Below the pieces are notes generated by a model. That model did not search any database, was not told the origin of the DNA, and saw nothing but the letters and a program-made list of their open reading frames with translations. Source: the human T2T-CHM13v2.0 reference genome, Homo sapiens. Taken from it: a stretch of 64,000 nucleotides of DNA. The stretch lies in the NCBI RefSeq assembly GCF_009914755.1, contig NC_060925.1; one strand, given 5' to 3'. Below, piece after piece: positions 13,433 to 31,210 of the stretch; positions within the stretch are counted from its first letter, which is position 1, and the number at the start of each line of letters is the position of its first letter. The translations under genes and the position numbers were made by a program.

Positions 13433-14122
13433 TTAAGCTTGGTAAAATTATTAGATTTTTTTACAAATTGTGGGCAGAAAATCCCTACTAAAATAGGCAT
13501 TATTGTAAAGCCATTATTCCTAATACACATCTTAACATGTGCCTGTATCAGTGAAGCAGCTTAGACACCGTAAATGAACATGACATGCTGCGGACTTCCA
13601 AGGGGCTTCTCCAGTGACTTCTCCCACTCCTGGCATCTCACTGATGCCTTTCAGCACATAAAGAAAGAAAGACTGGGCTTAAGGGTGTGGACTTTTCAGC
13701 ACGTAGACAGCGACGACGGAAATGCCCCATTTAGTGAAGAACGTCTAACATGTCGACAAAGTAAGCAGAACTCATAGCCCAGAGTTTCACAAATTCCAGG
13801 CAGAATGGAGCTGTATGAGTCTCAAACACAATACTCGGAAGTGGCAGAAGCCTGGGCTTGGGATGGCCAGGCTCGGAAGAGGGAGCTGAGCCCACCCTGG
13901 AATTCGAGGGAGGACAGAGACATGGGGGCAGTAAGGAAGGGGAAACAGGGAATGCCTCTGAGGCAACAGCTGTTCTGCGGGCAGCAAGACACTCAGATTG
14001 TCATAGTGCTCGTGGGCCTGGAAGTGCTGTTATAAAGCACAGCTTCCCTTGGCAAGACCATAGTTAATCAGATTTACGAGCAGTGCAGCCACCACTGAGT
14101 GGGAAGACGAAAACAATCATGA

Positions 14123-14459
<337 letters not shown>

Positions 14460-15265
14460 TAGGCCCAGAGCCAATGTCCCAAACCTGAAAGTGATTGGTG
14501 CCTCTCACTCATGGAGTAAGTATCTGCAAGGTGCCCCTTTGACTCTCTGTGGGTGCTGGAGCCAACACAAAGAATATGATCCAATCCCTGCTCCTGAGGT
14601 GTCCCTGGTAGAAATATAAATGTAAGCCAGCACAGAGTGGTGTCGTTTGAGCTGGGTTTTGAAGGATAAATAGGAGTTTTCTGAGTGGAGAAGAAAACAG
14701 AACTTGGTGTTCCAGGCAGTTAGAAATGACAGCATTGTGCAAAAGTGCCTGTTATGCCTGGGACAGATGAATAGCTCAGTACACCAAGAACAGCTGCACC
14801 CAGCCTTCATTAACCACACAGCACCTTCACAACTTCTGCTCTCACTGATACCACTTCACTATGATCTTATCTCCTTGACGTTTTTCTTCAACCAACTTGT
14901 TTTTAAAAGCTTACTTTGGTCTTCTTCAAAATTACAGTAGCCATGAAATTACAGGTTTGATATGCTATCTACATTTTCTTTAAATCATGAAAAATAATTA
15001 CACATTATTAAAGTAAAAAGTGTCCATCTGTGAACCTAGAGCTAAATCCTCTTGCGTTCCAGCTGTTTCCCAAACTCTGGGAAGCCAAGCTACGAACTTT
15101 AAGGCCTGTGTTGTTTGAGAAGAGATCTGTACTTACTGGGAAAAAATAAATGCAAACATTAGAGGAAAAACATTATTAACGAGTCACTGCCGGTGAGTCA
15201 CGATGCTAGTCTTTGGGGCCATCGGTGCCCTGCAAGGCCCTGCCCTGACCCTCAGCAGGCATTAA

Positions 15266-15999
<734 letters not shown>

Positions 16000-16135
16000 T
16001 ATTGTACAACTTCTTGGAAGTTTGTACTTCACCAAACACAAGAGCCTCAAGTGTGTCAGACAGCAGCACGGCTGCCAGAGAAGCAACAATGAGCCAAGGG
16101 ACAGGAATGGAGTGGCCAGGGCGCTTCCTTCTTAC

Positions 16136-16222
16136 CTCCGTGCACAAAGCCGTGCAGGGTGCAGTCTGAAGGCCCCACCAGGTGGATCAAGCTGGACTGG
16201 CTGTAGCTGACAGTGTTCGGCT
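16136..16222 (-). CDS. ACOT7: ACOT7 exon 6 (87 nt): PNTVSYSQSSLIHLVGPSDCTLHGFVHG-G, start of the C-terminal hotdog domain
   Basis: Acceptor cttttgcaattccag|AG, donor GGAG|gtaaga. Symmetric phase 1-1 exon. Confidence 0.96.
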
Positions 16223-16837
16223 CTGGAATTGCAAAAGAGAGAGATTAGTTATGGGGTAGGCTGATTCCCACAGCTGAATGGTCTGGCAATGCCGAAACCA
16301 CCCTCAGGTCTACACAGTCAACGAAGGCGTCCAAAGCCGGGTTCAGCTATGATTTCTCTAAGGAAAACTATGGTCTCCAAACAGGCTACAGTTGGTGAAG
16401 GAGAGGTTTTCAAGGATTCATGACCCATTCTGTTAGTGGGCCATGACGAGACTCTCTGGGGCCATCAGTGCCCTGCAAGGCCCTGCCCAGGGGTAGCCAT
16501 GAAACACCTCAAAGCTGTGAGTCCCGGGGCTGCGTGTGACCCTCCACCAGGCTCTAGTTAACCATCTGACTTGCATTTCCAATTTTACAAGAAGTGCCAC
16601 AGTGTTTCTGTAATTTACTCCACAGCCTGAGAATGTACAGCTCCACAGGGAGCAAGCTGTTCCCTCTGGCCAGCCCCCAACCCCATTCACTGCTCTATCA
16701 CCTCACTCTTGCAAGAGCCCCAAATATCTTGGAGGAGCTTCAGTCACCCAACACTGCACTGCTCCTGAAATATCTTTAAGAGGCCGCACTTAAGAAAAAA
16801 AGCCGATGACATATAACGTCCAGTCTCTAGAAGGTAG

Positions 16838-17143
<306 letters not shown>

Positions 17144-19163
17144 TAATTTTTGAAAAGTCAGTTATCCTTATTGTTTTCTCTGTCTGACAAAAGAAAATGG
17201 AATTACCATGAGCTCTTCGGATTCATAGCTGTCAGCTGTCCAGCTTTGACCATGTAGGGACTATGTGGCCACATGGCTGTCCATTTTTAGGGTTTATGAC
17301 AAAATTAGCCCTGCCTCAGACAAGTTCAAGTGCCTGCCTCATCCCTGGCGCTTGCGTTGAAAACAGTGTTCACTTCCAAGCCTGGTCCAGCCCTTCCAGA
17401 GCAGATGGGGTCCTGGCAGGTCACCTAGCCCCGGCTCCTGGGTTGGGATCCGCCTTTCTGGGGTCAGGCAGTGCTCTGGCCAAGCCCCAGGAAGATCCGC
17501 CCTGAGCCATCCACGAGGGTGCGAGGGCTGGTGAACATGGTCAGGCCAGGGGCTTGGCCCTGGGTCTGAAACGCCTCCCACTTGATGTCTCTGGCCCTCT
17601 GGCCAGGCCCATAGTCCTGCTCCCGTAAGCAGTAGTTTGGAGGCTGAGGGCATGGGGGAAGCAAGAGAGGATAGGGGAGGAAGGGAGGTTCTGGAGTTGG
17701 ACTGCCTGGGTTTGAATCCCAGCTCTGCTGCCTTCATGGGAACTTAACCTCCCTTTGCCTCAGTTTCCTCAGCTGGAACCAGAGATGGTGAAAGCAAAAC
17801 TATCGGGTTATGAAGATGATGTAAACACCTAGCACACACGAAGCCCTGTAAATAGCTTGTCACATAGGACGGGATCCGAAAAGGAGAGTTTTGTGTTTAT
17901 GGCTGTGTAAACCTCGCCCACTGCTATCCTGGGGGCCTGGTTCAGGCTCCTCACATCATTTTGAAACTGCAGGTTCACAGATTAGGCACTGTGTCAGTCA
18001 AGATCATAGTCACTGCTGCAGCAGATAAACCCTGAAACCCTAGTGGGTCACACAGTGAGGTTGATTTCCTGCTAGGTAAAGTCCAAATCAGGCTTTCCTA
18101 GTGGGGTAGATTTCCTCCAAATGTTGGAGATGCGGGGATTCAGGCCCCTTTGGTCCCGTAGCTCCATTACTTTTAATGGGTAGCTTTGAAGGTTACCTTG
18201 GAAAGGGACAGAGTCGGGGGAGGCTCACACACCTGAGGTTTTGATGGGTCAGGCCTGGAAGCAGCATTTCACTCTGCTCACACTCTAGACATGGTATTTT
18301 CACACCCGCTGCAGGGCAGGCAGGGCAGTGTGGCCCTGCTATGTGTGGAGACAGGCTTGGTCATCTCTGTCTGGTTCTACCCCTCCAGTCACCAGATCCC
18401 TGTTGTATTCTTTGCACACGTGGAGCACCTCACCCTCAAGGACGACCACCTGAAACCCTATCCGGCCTCTGCGCTGACCTCAGAGCGCAGCAGCTGGTCA
18501 CATGCATGCAGTCTTCTCCATCGTGTTTACACGCAATTCTTCATGTTCCTGCAGCCAATGAACTAAGAAGATGAGTTACCTACACTTGCACCCTTTATAC
18601 AGCAGCGGAAGAGGGAACAGAAGAGCACACTCATTCAGGAAAGGAAAGAACACAGGAGCTACCCAGGAGCCCCTGGCCCAAGCAGAGATGACTCCCGCCA
18701 GGGTCTGAGCTATGGCCATGGGGAAGGGTCTTTAGTTAGACTCTGATTCCACTCTTGGGGAGGAACTACATGGTCCTTTGCTCAGCCTCCTGGAAGGTTC
18801 TTCCCTGTTGGTTATCCACCATGGCCTCATCCAAGCGGGCACTGGGAAATAGGGGCCCACGGCCCACCTCCTGCTTGTCTAGGTTTGGGGAGGTTACTTT
18901 AAAGTTTGAACAGTCAAAAGCTTTTTTTCAGTCCAGGCAAATTCAGTTTCCTCGTAAACTTAGTAGGCATCTGATCTGTCTGCCTCCAGTCAGTTCCATG
19001 TGACAGGAACCACACCCAACGTTCTTTCCAAGTGTCACGCTCAAGCCTGGTGTATTTTTTTTACTTTTCCATCCCACTCCACTCCACTCCCTTTCTCACT
19101 CTCTCAAGACACATGTGGGTGTGTAAACCACACTTTAATCTGATTTTTGACACAAGGCTGAGT

Positions 19164-19445
19164 CTTTTTCTTTTTTGAGACGGAGTCTCGCTCTGTCACC
19201 CAGGATGGAGTGCAGTGATGTGATCTCGGCTCACTGCAAGCTCTGCGTCCCGGGTTCACGCCATTCTCCTGCCTCAGCCTCCTGAGTAGCTGTGACTACA
19301 GGCGCCCGCCACTGCGCCCGGCTAATTTTTTGTATTTTTAGTAGAGACGGGGTTTCACCGTGGTCTGAATCTCCTGACCTCGTGATCCACCCACCTCAGC
19401 CTCCCAAAGTGCTGGGATGACAGGCGTAAGCCACCGGGCCCAGCC
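19164..19445 (-). mobile_element. AluY-lineage element with 12-bp left-arm deletion; TSD CAAGGCTGAGTCTT
   Basis: GGTTTCACCG|TGGTCT junction lacks the 12 nt present in AluY consensus. 14-bp TSD on both flanks. Confidence 0.88.
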
Positions 19446-20094
19446 AAGGCTGAGTCTTAATGGGCTTTTGATTTCAGTCTCCTTCCGTTCCCAGGTCAAT
19501 AAACAATAGGCTTTTCCAATCTTTTCATGCCGCCAATTTCTGGCCTTCTCTCAGAGCCCCACTCCTCGTGGTATTGTGGGTTTCAGGGTGTACTAAATTC
19601 CCCTGAGGCCCAAGGTGCCCTCGGCAATTGCAGGCTGATTCTGGACACCCCTAGACCCTGGCAGGCCCACGCTGAAGCAGCAGGTGGGAGAGCAGGCATC
19701 CCCTCCCTTGGGCCAAGCCACAGGTCGTGCGAACTGGCTGCAATGCAGGATGTCGGGGCCCCCAGGGGCTCCTTCCCAAAAGCCTTGGCACTTGGAGGGG
19801 TCTGTTGGTTGGCTTTGAGATCGCGACCCTGCACGCCAGCTCCCAGAGGGGCCCAGATGCAAGGACCTCTTGACGCATATTCAGGAGGGTGGGCTGGGTG
19901 GGGAGGCCCCCAGAATGTGGCTTTTTGGGAGGAGCTCCTCTACTCTGCTTCTGACTCCATGACATGCTACTTCTCCCACACACCCTGGCATGAGGGCAAG
20001 CCCAGGGCAGGAATGAGGAAACTCACATGGCAGCTAACAGTGACCAGGAGAGAAGGGAGGGGAGGCGGTTTGAAATTCTGTGTGTGGAGTGTAC

Positions 20095-21459
<1,365 letters not shown>

Positions 21460-22758
21460 TCAGACTCTGAGGTACCTGAAAGACGAGGCCACCCCTGTGG
21501 AGGTTGCTAGGCAACAGTCTGAACTCTTGCTCTAGGATGAGGTCTGGGATGTGGGATGGACAGGGGCTGGGAGCAGGCAAGTCAAAGGCCAAGATGGCCT
21601 CTCCAGGGCAGAGACGGAGGGTCCTCCCACGGGATGGGATAGCACGTGTCACACCTGTTAGAAAGACCCCAGTGCCAAGCACATACGCACACTCTTCTCC
21701 CAGAGCTGCTGTTCCCCATTGACCCGGACGCCCCTGCCAAACCCAACTCAGGCTAAGCCACCATACAGGAGACCAGGCTGGTCTCAGATGAGCCCACCCC
21801 TGGGCTCCCGAGGGTACCGGGAAGCCATGCCACTGAGATACCGGCTCTACCAGGAAACTGGAGTCAAAGATGCAGATGTTCAGAAATGCTCAAGAAAGAA
21901 TGGACATGGGACTTCCTAAGAAATATTTAAAAGCCGAGTCTCTAATCCAATCATCTGAGGAAGATACATTTTTATAAAACAAAAAAGTAAAAATAAAAGC
22001 ACATACAATCAGGAAATCGAGATTCAGGAGGCCAACTCTGACTGACAGTGAATAACACATTCTGAAAAATATCACGTGTAGATTTACAGTCAATCGGAGG
22101 CTGGCAAACAGAAGAGAATCCCACGAGTAAAGGAATTTAAACTGATTGAAAACCTTGAGTAATTTTAGTGTCCCTGAGGATCAGTTAAAGGCAGAAGCTA
22201 GGATCTAATCCATGCTTCTCAAAGCCAGAGTCAGCCCAGCAGTGCTGCCCACACCCCCCGGGGTCTGGCACCTACCCCAAGCTCTCTCCAGAAACCGCTC
22301 ACAAAAAGGTAGGTCCAGGCAGCCCCCATGTTCCATCCAACCCTCTCCTCCAGGACCCCTTTGTGTTAGGCTAGACATAGCCTCTTCTTGTCTCTTGCAA
22401 GGGCACTGATCACTGGATTTGGGGCCCACCTGCATAACCCAGATGATCTCAAGATCCTTAATTTAACCACATCTGCAAAGACCCATTTTCCATATAAGGT
22501 CCCATTCACAGGCTCTAGGGATTTGAATGTGGACATATTGTCTGGCCCTGAGCGCTGTGTTGGTGCCTTTCCTAAGACACCTCCCGTTGCTCCCATCCCA
22601 TCCCATTCCTTACAGCCGGTGTCTGACCTGACTGCTGGGCTGCCCTCCCAAAAGCACGGCCTGGGCACTGCCTGCCCCAGCACGTGCCTCCAGGCCTGTC
22701 TGGTGTATTGCTGTGTTGATAAACTGGCTGTTTAAATTTTATTTTTAAAAGATATCTC

Positions 22759-23077
<319 letters not shown>

Positions 23078-24285
23078 TCATCAAAGCAGCACCATTCTTT
23101 CTATTAATACTGACACATTAATTTTCTTTCTTTCTTTTTTTGGTGTTTGTTAAAAAGCAGACATGAAAAGAGAGGAAACCTACAGTGGTTTCCCCAACAG
23201 TAAAGAAACCGACCTACCCAGTCCCACTGGCCTAAGGTGACAACCAGTCCGCTTTTGGCAAGTTGAGGCTGGAGCACAGACTGAGTCAGAGACACACATG
23301 TGAGACCAAATACACACAAACTCCTGTTCAAGCCTCAAGTTGACCCGCCCAGAAAACAAGCACACTCCTGCTGCATGCCAGCAGCCAAGCCCAGAAAGCC
23401 ATGCTCTCATCTGTGCGCCCACTGGGTTTTCACCAGTCCCCTTTGGTGCTTATGTGGACTAAGCAAGGGAGGTGAGCGGCCATAACAATGCCCCGAGTCC
23501 AGGTTAGCAGGGGCCAGGGCGCCTCTCGGCAGGGCTAGGAGCAGGTGGACCCCAGAGTGGAGCCCACATCACAGGCACATCCAAGGGGGAAAGGGATTAC
23601 TTGAGGCAGGTCCTCCACCACTGCTGAGGGTGGAGGCAAAACAGAGAAAGCTGAGTAAGAAACTCAAACACCCACCATGACCAGGGTCTCCCAAGGCATG
23701 GTGGGGGGCAGCAAACCCTCCTCAGGCTGCCATCCCGCATGAGGTACCCTGTGGAACCCAGCACAGAGCACGAATGTGCCACGAGCCCAGGCCATCGCAG
23801 GGAGGCAGAGAAGCACACAGTGCGTCCTGGAGGGAGTTCTCCTGCCACTACGACAACATGACCACCATGTGTGCAGTAGGGAGAGGGGTAATGCTCGTTG
23901 CCTGCCCCCGAGGGCTCACCCTTTTCCTAGGGGGACAGATGCTCCCCAGGGCCCCCTGCCCTGAATTGTTTCTAGGAACGCGGGGAGTTCTCTGGGTAGA
24001 AAGTCCTTGCTTGAGGCAAAACATCTCATCGTGCCTTCGTTTAGATTTTGAGTGAACATTTTGTTAAAGCCAGAGCACCCTGACATGAGAGCAAGAGGAT
24101 GGATGGCAGAAGGGACCAACACCACAGGGAAACTGGGCATGCCACAGAGCCCAGTGCCTACTGGCAGAGCCCCTCCTCCAATCAATGTCTGAACAGTGGG
24201 GCCGGGAAGAAGTGGCGCTTGAACAGCTGCTGCCGTTTTTTTCTTTTTTGGATGAGTTGGAAATCCCATCAAGAACAAGCCACTT

Positions 24286-24716
<431 letters not shown>

Positions 24717-24940
24717 TCACGCAGGTCGCCTTCCAGGTGTGTGACTGGAGGGGTCTACATGGCTCAGGGCGGGGCTGGGGGACAGCCCTCCCTGGGGACC
24801 CCAGAGAAACTGGTTCCCGGAGAGCATGCTCAGCACCTGGGGAACCTCAAGCATGAGGCTCACGTAGGCCCGGCCTGCTCCTGCCTCCTATGCGTCCCCG
24901 GTGAGGAGTGGCACCTGCTGCTGGTGTCCGCGGCTCTTAC

Positions 24941-25055
24941 CTGGGTTGAGGACTGGCTGGACGATGTCCCCGTTCCTCCACTTGGTCTCCATGCGCTCCA
25001 GCTTCTGGGCTTCATACCGCTTCCGGCCCTCCTCCTCCTGCTCCTGCCGGGAATA
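24941..25055 (-). CDS. ACOT7: ACOT7 exon 5 (115 nt): YSRQEQEEEGRKRYEAQKLERMETKWRNGDIVQPVLNP-E
   Basis: Acceptor tttctcgcag|TAT, donor CCAG|gtaaga. Phase 0 in, phase 1 out. Confidence 0.96.
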
Positions 25056-25404
25056 CTGCGAGAAACCAAAGACAGGTCAGGCCCAGGCAGGACACGGCCT
25101 CCTCCCCTCGCTGGGCGGCCATGATCCCAGGCCCTTATAGCCTTGTGTAACTGGGACTATTTTTTCTTCTGTTCATGTGTGTTTTAATATAAGTAATAAG
25201 AATACAGAAACAGTGAAATCCCATGTGGCTCCACTCCCCAGAGAGACAACCTGGGTCAAGTGTTTGGTTTAGATCCTTCCTGGAATTGCTTTAATGCCTA
25301 CAAATATATAAAAAGCTCTATGGTGCTGTATGTGGAGCTTAAAAGCAACCGTGTATCTATTTAACGTAATTTTTGTAACTATGTGGGCACTTAGCTTGTT
25401 CCCA

Positions 25405-25740
<336 letters not shown>

Positions 25741-25902
25741 TGATCCTAGGTTACTTAAAATCATTTTGCACTGTCCCATTGCTTCCTAGGATTCATTACA
25801 GAATAAAGGGATCCTCAAAAAGGCCCCACCCACTCTCCAAAGTCCATGACAGAGCAGGAACCCTGTGTGTCCCTGCTGACCCTTGGCCAATCAAACAGGT
25901 TA

Positions 25903-26358
<456 letters not shown>

Positions 26359-27695
26359 TCAGCACAAAAGCCAAAGCTCCTGAGTCCCGGGACACAGCAG
26401 GGGGATACTGCATTTCTTGGACGTAACAGACGGTTCACTCACTGCCCTGCTGTGCACACTGGAGGGGATGCACCACACTCGGATGGGACCCTCGGAGGGG
26501 CCCTCGGGGCCTGTGTGCTGGCCGCAGGCTGGTTCCAGACCCTCTGCCTGCTCCATCCCCCACGACCTTCTCCCTCCCCCTTGGCCTGGCCAGGGGCCGA
26601 CTACCACCTGGCTGTTCTGATTAGCCTCCACTTCTGCTCTCACATTCACTCAACCAACCATTCCAGCTGAGCTTGTGGGGAAGCCACGGAACTCAGGGCC
26701 CCTCTGGGCCCCTCGGCCGCCTGTTGAAGCCCCTCTGACCTAAGCAAGTTCACTTCAGACGGCTGTGTTAGGCCTTCTTTCAAAAGCCAGTTTTAAACAT
26801 CTCGATAATTCCTGCTCATGGCTCAGCTCCAAAATTGTGCAGGGTCTCAGCACCATTCACCGTTCCTCGGCGTAACTACCCATCATCTTCAGTTGAGAAC
26901 CCATCTTCAAAAGAGGCTGAGAAGGGAGCTGAAGCGTTTGTTCAAAAGAAGCAAACTGTGGGGAGTGTTTTAAGTTGCAGTGGATAATTCAACCTTTTCC
27001 TCCATAAATAAACCACGTCCTAATGTTCCACCGGCCAAGTAACGACTGTGAGAAGAGAGTCTGTGCTGTGTATCTACCTAGGAACATTGGTGGGTGAACT
27101 TCAGCATCCTCAAGAGATGCCTTTTAAAGGGATTTTTTTTTTTAAAGGAGCCAGCCCCCGGTCTAATAAATCCTCATGGTATCCAGTACATTTGTCTGGG
27201 CTTGGCAGGCGCACAGGGAAATGATGGGGCCCAGTCCTGGACACAAGCCATGAGGAGAAGCCCAGCCTCCTCCCCAATGCTGCCTTTCCATCTGGGAACA
27301 AAACCGCTGGAACATTTTAATGATGGCTGGCACCTAACTCTCACCCCCGAGAGCTCATCAAACCCAACTGATCTGAAGCAGCAGACAGCGTGGCCCAAAT
27401 ATCTGAGAGACAGGCTGTGAACCTCTTCGCTAGAGCACATATTCAGACATTTGAAAAAAACCAAAGCATCCACCCCCGACAGCCACTCAGCCTGTCCAGG
27501 GCTGCGGCTGCCCCTCTGGTCATCCTGGGGCCCCTCGGGCCCATCACAGGCCCACCGAGGTTCCCTGCTCACTGGGAAAGCTGCAGGCAGGCTGGGGAGG
27601 AAGGTGGAGCAAAGAAAAGACATCCTGCGCTAGACGACTGTGCGCATGGCCGGCAGCTGGGTTCCTCCAGGGAGACGCACACATCCAGGAAACCA

Positions 27696-27810
27696 GTGTG
27701 TGTGTGTGGTGTGTGTGTGTGTGTGCGTGTTCAAGATATCTACATGCATACGTATGTGACATCTCTATTTGTATGTGTATATATAATATATATCTGTATA
27801 TCTATACATA
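27696..27810. repeat. (TG)n and TA-rich simple repeat
   Basis: Direct reading. Confidence 0.85.
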
Positions 27811-28829
27811 CAGGGACGTACATTTTCCTAAATCGGGGATGGCTGTCTGTAGAAAGGTCAGCGGGAGCATGCTCATGCAATATAAGACAGCCCTGTGGCC
27901 AGGCCACCAGCAGATGGGCATAAATGCCCATCGGAGCCAGGGAAGGAAGCTGTACTTTCTGGGATTCCTAAGCAGGCCTCTGGCCGGGCCCACCAGTGAA
28001 AAACAGGAGACCTAGATTCCAAATCAGTGGGAGGTTTATACTACGTGGGCCTAGCGTGTGTTGGGGGGAAGATGGTGCAAAGAGCTCTGAACAACAGCTG
28101 CAGCTGAGAACCGTGCAGCCTCTCCCATCTGCGGCTCCGGCTGCCTCGGAGCCATGGAATGGTTTCAACAACTCCTCGACAAGGCCAAGTTGGTATTTAT
28201 GTCTCATCAAACCCACTCTACAAAGGAAATGAAAAAGCAACTGGGAGCTCCTCCAGGATGTGGGAGGGAGGGAGCTAATTACTGGGCAAGGAGAGGCGAG
28301 GCTAACAGGGGCCACGCTGAAAGCACCCTGTCCCTGCAGCGAGGGGATGGGAGCCAGGGGAGTCAGAAGCTACCCGTCCCCTCCACTGGCCAAAAACCCA
28401 ACAGCTCTTGGCGCATCGATCCTAAGCGACAAGGCAGCAAAAGTGACTGTGTTCAGGTCCAGGCCCGCCCCTCGGTATCACCCGCCTGAGATGCACCATC
28501 AGATGCTGAAGCCAGGCATGGGGCCTGGGAGAGATTTCAGAACTGGGTAGCATCTGAAAATTAAATCCGTTAAATGCTATGTCTCAATATTTACATGTGA
28601 TGTGGCTCACTGAACGCCAAGGGCTTAGAGAAAAGAATGAACGTGGGGTGGGTGTGCTTGCAATTCTGCGGAGAACAGCCAGGAGCCCCCATCTGACCCC
28701 TGCTCCTTAGGTCTTCAATCACCCCCAAGTTAGCACTGCTGAAAATGACCACAACTTCCATCTCAGCCAAGAAGCAGGGAGAGAACAGCCCCACAAGAAC
28801 AAGAGACGGGAGAGGTTGTTGAACCGAGG

Positions 28830-29230
28830 GCTGGTGCAGTGGGTTGAACAGCATCCCTCAAAATGTATATCCACCTGAAACCTCAAAATGCAAATGCTCC
28901 AAAAACCAGGTCTTTGTAGTTGTAAACAGTTAGAATGAGGTCACAGCAGAATGGGACGGGCCCTGAGCCCAGTGACCCGTACTCCGGTAAGCAGGCCGTG
29001 CGAAGATGGAGGCAGAAGCTTCAGTGACGCAGCCTCAGCCAAGGGACGCCTGGAGCCACCCGGCGCTGGAGACGCCAGGAGGGATCCTCGCCTGGGGCCA
29101 ATGGAGGGCGCAGGGCCTTGCCCATACCTTTGCACTTCTGGCCTCCAGAACTGTGACAGAATCAACTTCTATTGTTTGAGAGCTACCCAGTCAGTGGCAC
29201 TTTGTCACAGCAGCCCCGGGACACTGTCAG
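28830..29230 (+). mobile_element. MaLR (MLT1-type) LTR
   Basis: GGGTTGAACAG...CCCTCAAAAT...GAAGATGGAGGCAGA...CTTCTGGCCTCCAGAACTGTGACAGAAT. Confidence 0.65.
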
Positions 29231-30175
29231 GTGGGAATATGAGACCTCGGACTCCACACCCCGACCCTGAGCCCCCGCCCACTGGCCAGATTCTGGCATG
29301 CTGCCATCCTGCTCTCATAAAACCAAAGGTGCAGCCACCAGCCTGCCCTTCCCATTAAATATGGACAGGGCTCCCCTGTCACCAAGATTAAAAAAAAACA
29401 AAACCTAGGCCAAACAGCAGCTGGACCCGGCAGCCAGCCACACCCACCTGGGGAGACACCCCACCCAGACCTTCACTGCCCTCTGAGGAGACCCTGGCAG
29501 GGTGCCTGGTCAGACACGGAGCTGGGGACAGAAGAGACGGCAGGAAGCAGGTCTCAAGGAGCACCTCCCCAGTCTCACATGGGCAGTGGCAGCAGGGACC
29601 GAGGCCCCATCAGCCCTGGTGACCGGGGGGCCACGGGAAGATGGAGAGCCAGGCCTCCTACAGGCGGGAAGTGGCCTGCACCCGGCAAACGCTGGGGAGG
29701 GAACCAAGGCTGCCGGCAGCGGCAAGAGCACCCAGCGTCTCTATTGGGTCTGGAAGCAAAAAGAGCAGGCACCAATTCCTGACAATCTGGTTCTCAGTTT
29801 TATTATTTCTAAAAATGTATTCTATATATATATCTCAGCCGGAGGAAAAGCTCCCTGCCGGGGCCCACACTGCAGAGACTCAGAATCCTGGTTCCTTCCC
29901 TCTAAGAAGAGCTCTTCCTGGGGGCTGTGGCCTGTGGACCGCAGGGTCAGGCTGCGGGAGGAGCTGGTCACATCTGTCCTTGGACTTGCCAATGAACTTG
30001 GGGCACAGGAGAAGGAGGCGAGGGAGTACTTTTAGGCAACGAATTAAATTTCTTTATTCCCAACGTCTCCCCTCCAGGAGTCTGTATGTGTGGCTTCCAC
30101 AGGCTTCGCCCACAGGCCCGCCCATGGCAGGACCCCTCTGACAACATAATGAACTGGTATTATGAAAGGTGCTTC

Positions 30176-30633
<458 letters not shown>

Positions 30634-31118
30634 TCAGAAGCAGAGATCAGAACCAGCTTGCAGGGGCCACGGGGGAACAGCTGGCCCGGCCCCCGCAGCC
30701 TGGTGGTCCTGGCTCCCGAAAGGACATGTCACTATCACGATCCTGTCACCGTCTTTTCTCTGGTTAGGGAGTGTGACAAAAAGGTCCCTAGGTTGGAGGG
30801 ATGTTTATGTCCACGGGTTCTGGGCCAGCTTGCGCTCACATTCCCAGCATGAATTAAACATACATTAGAAGATCCCACACAGACATGTCTCCTCCCCACC
30901 CGTGTTTCCTCGGAGGCAGGACAGAAACTCCTGTGGAGCCAGGGATGCCCTGCCCAGCCCAGAGGGGACACTGCCTGCTGGCGGACCTGGCCCCCTGTGC
31001 CCTAGCTCTGGCCTGTTGCTCCCTTGAGACCCTTAGCTGAACGAGCCTCCCAACATCAGGTGAGGTGACCTGATCTCTGCCATCTGCCCCCAAGAGAGAA
31101 GTAGAAAGGGCACCTTAC

Positions 31119-31210
31119 CACAACAGGAGGCACCTCGAGGACCTTGTCCACATTCTTCAGCGACAGGGGCACATACCACAGGGTGGCCTTATTGGTCAGC
31201 TTTTTGGCAC
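31119..31210 (-). CDS. ACOT7: ACOT7 exon 4 (92 nt): AKKLTNKATLWYVPLSLKNVDKVLEVPPVV
   Basis: Acceptor ttttcttctcttaag|GT, donor GTG|gtaagg. Phase 1 in, phase 0 out. Confidence 0.96.

Noticed and set aside
14890-14985. Possible degenerate second copy of exon 6 at the position implied by the flanking direct repeats
   Set aside because: A donor-like CTTAC exists but there is no visible similarity to exon 6.
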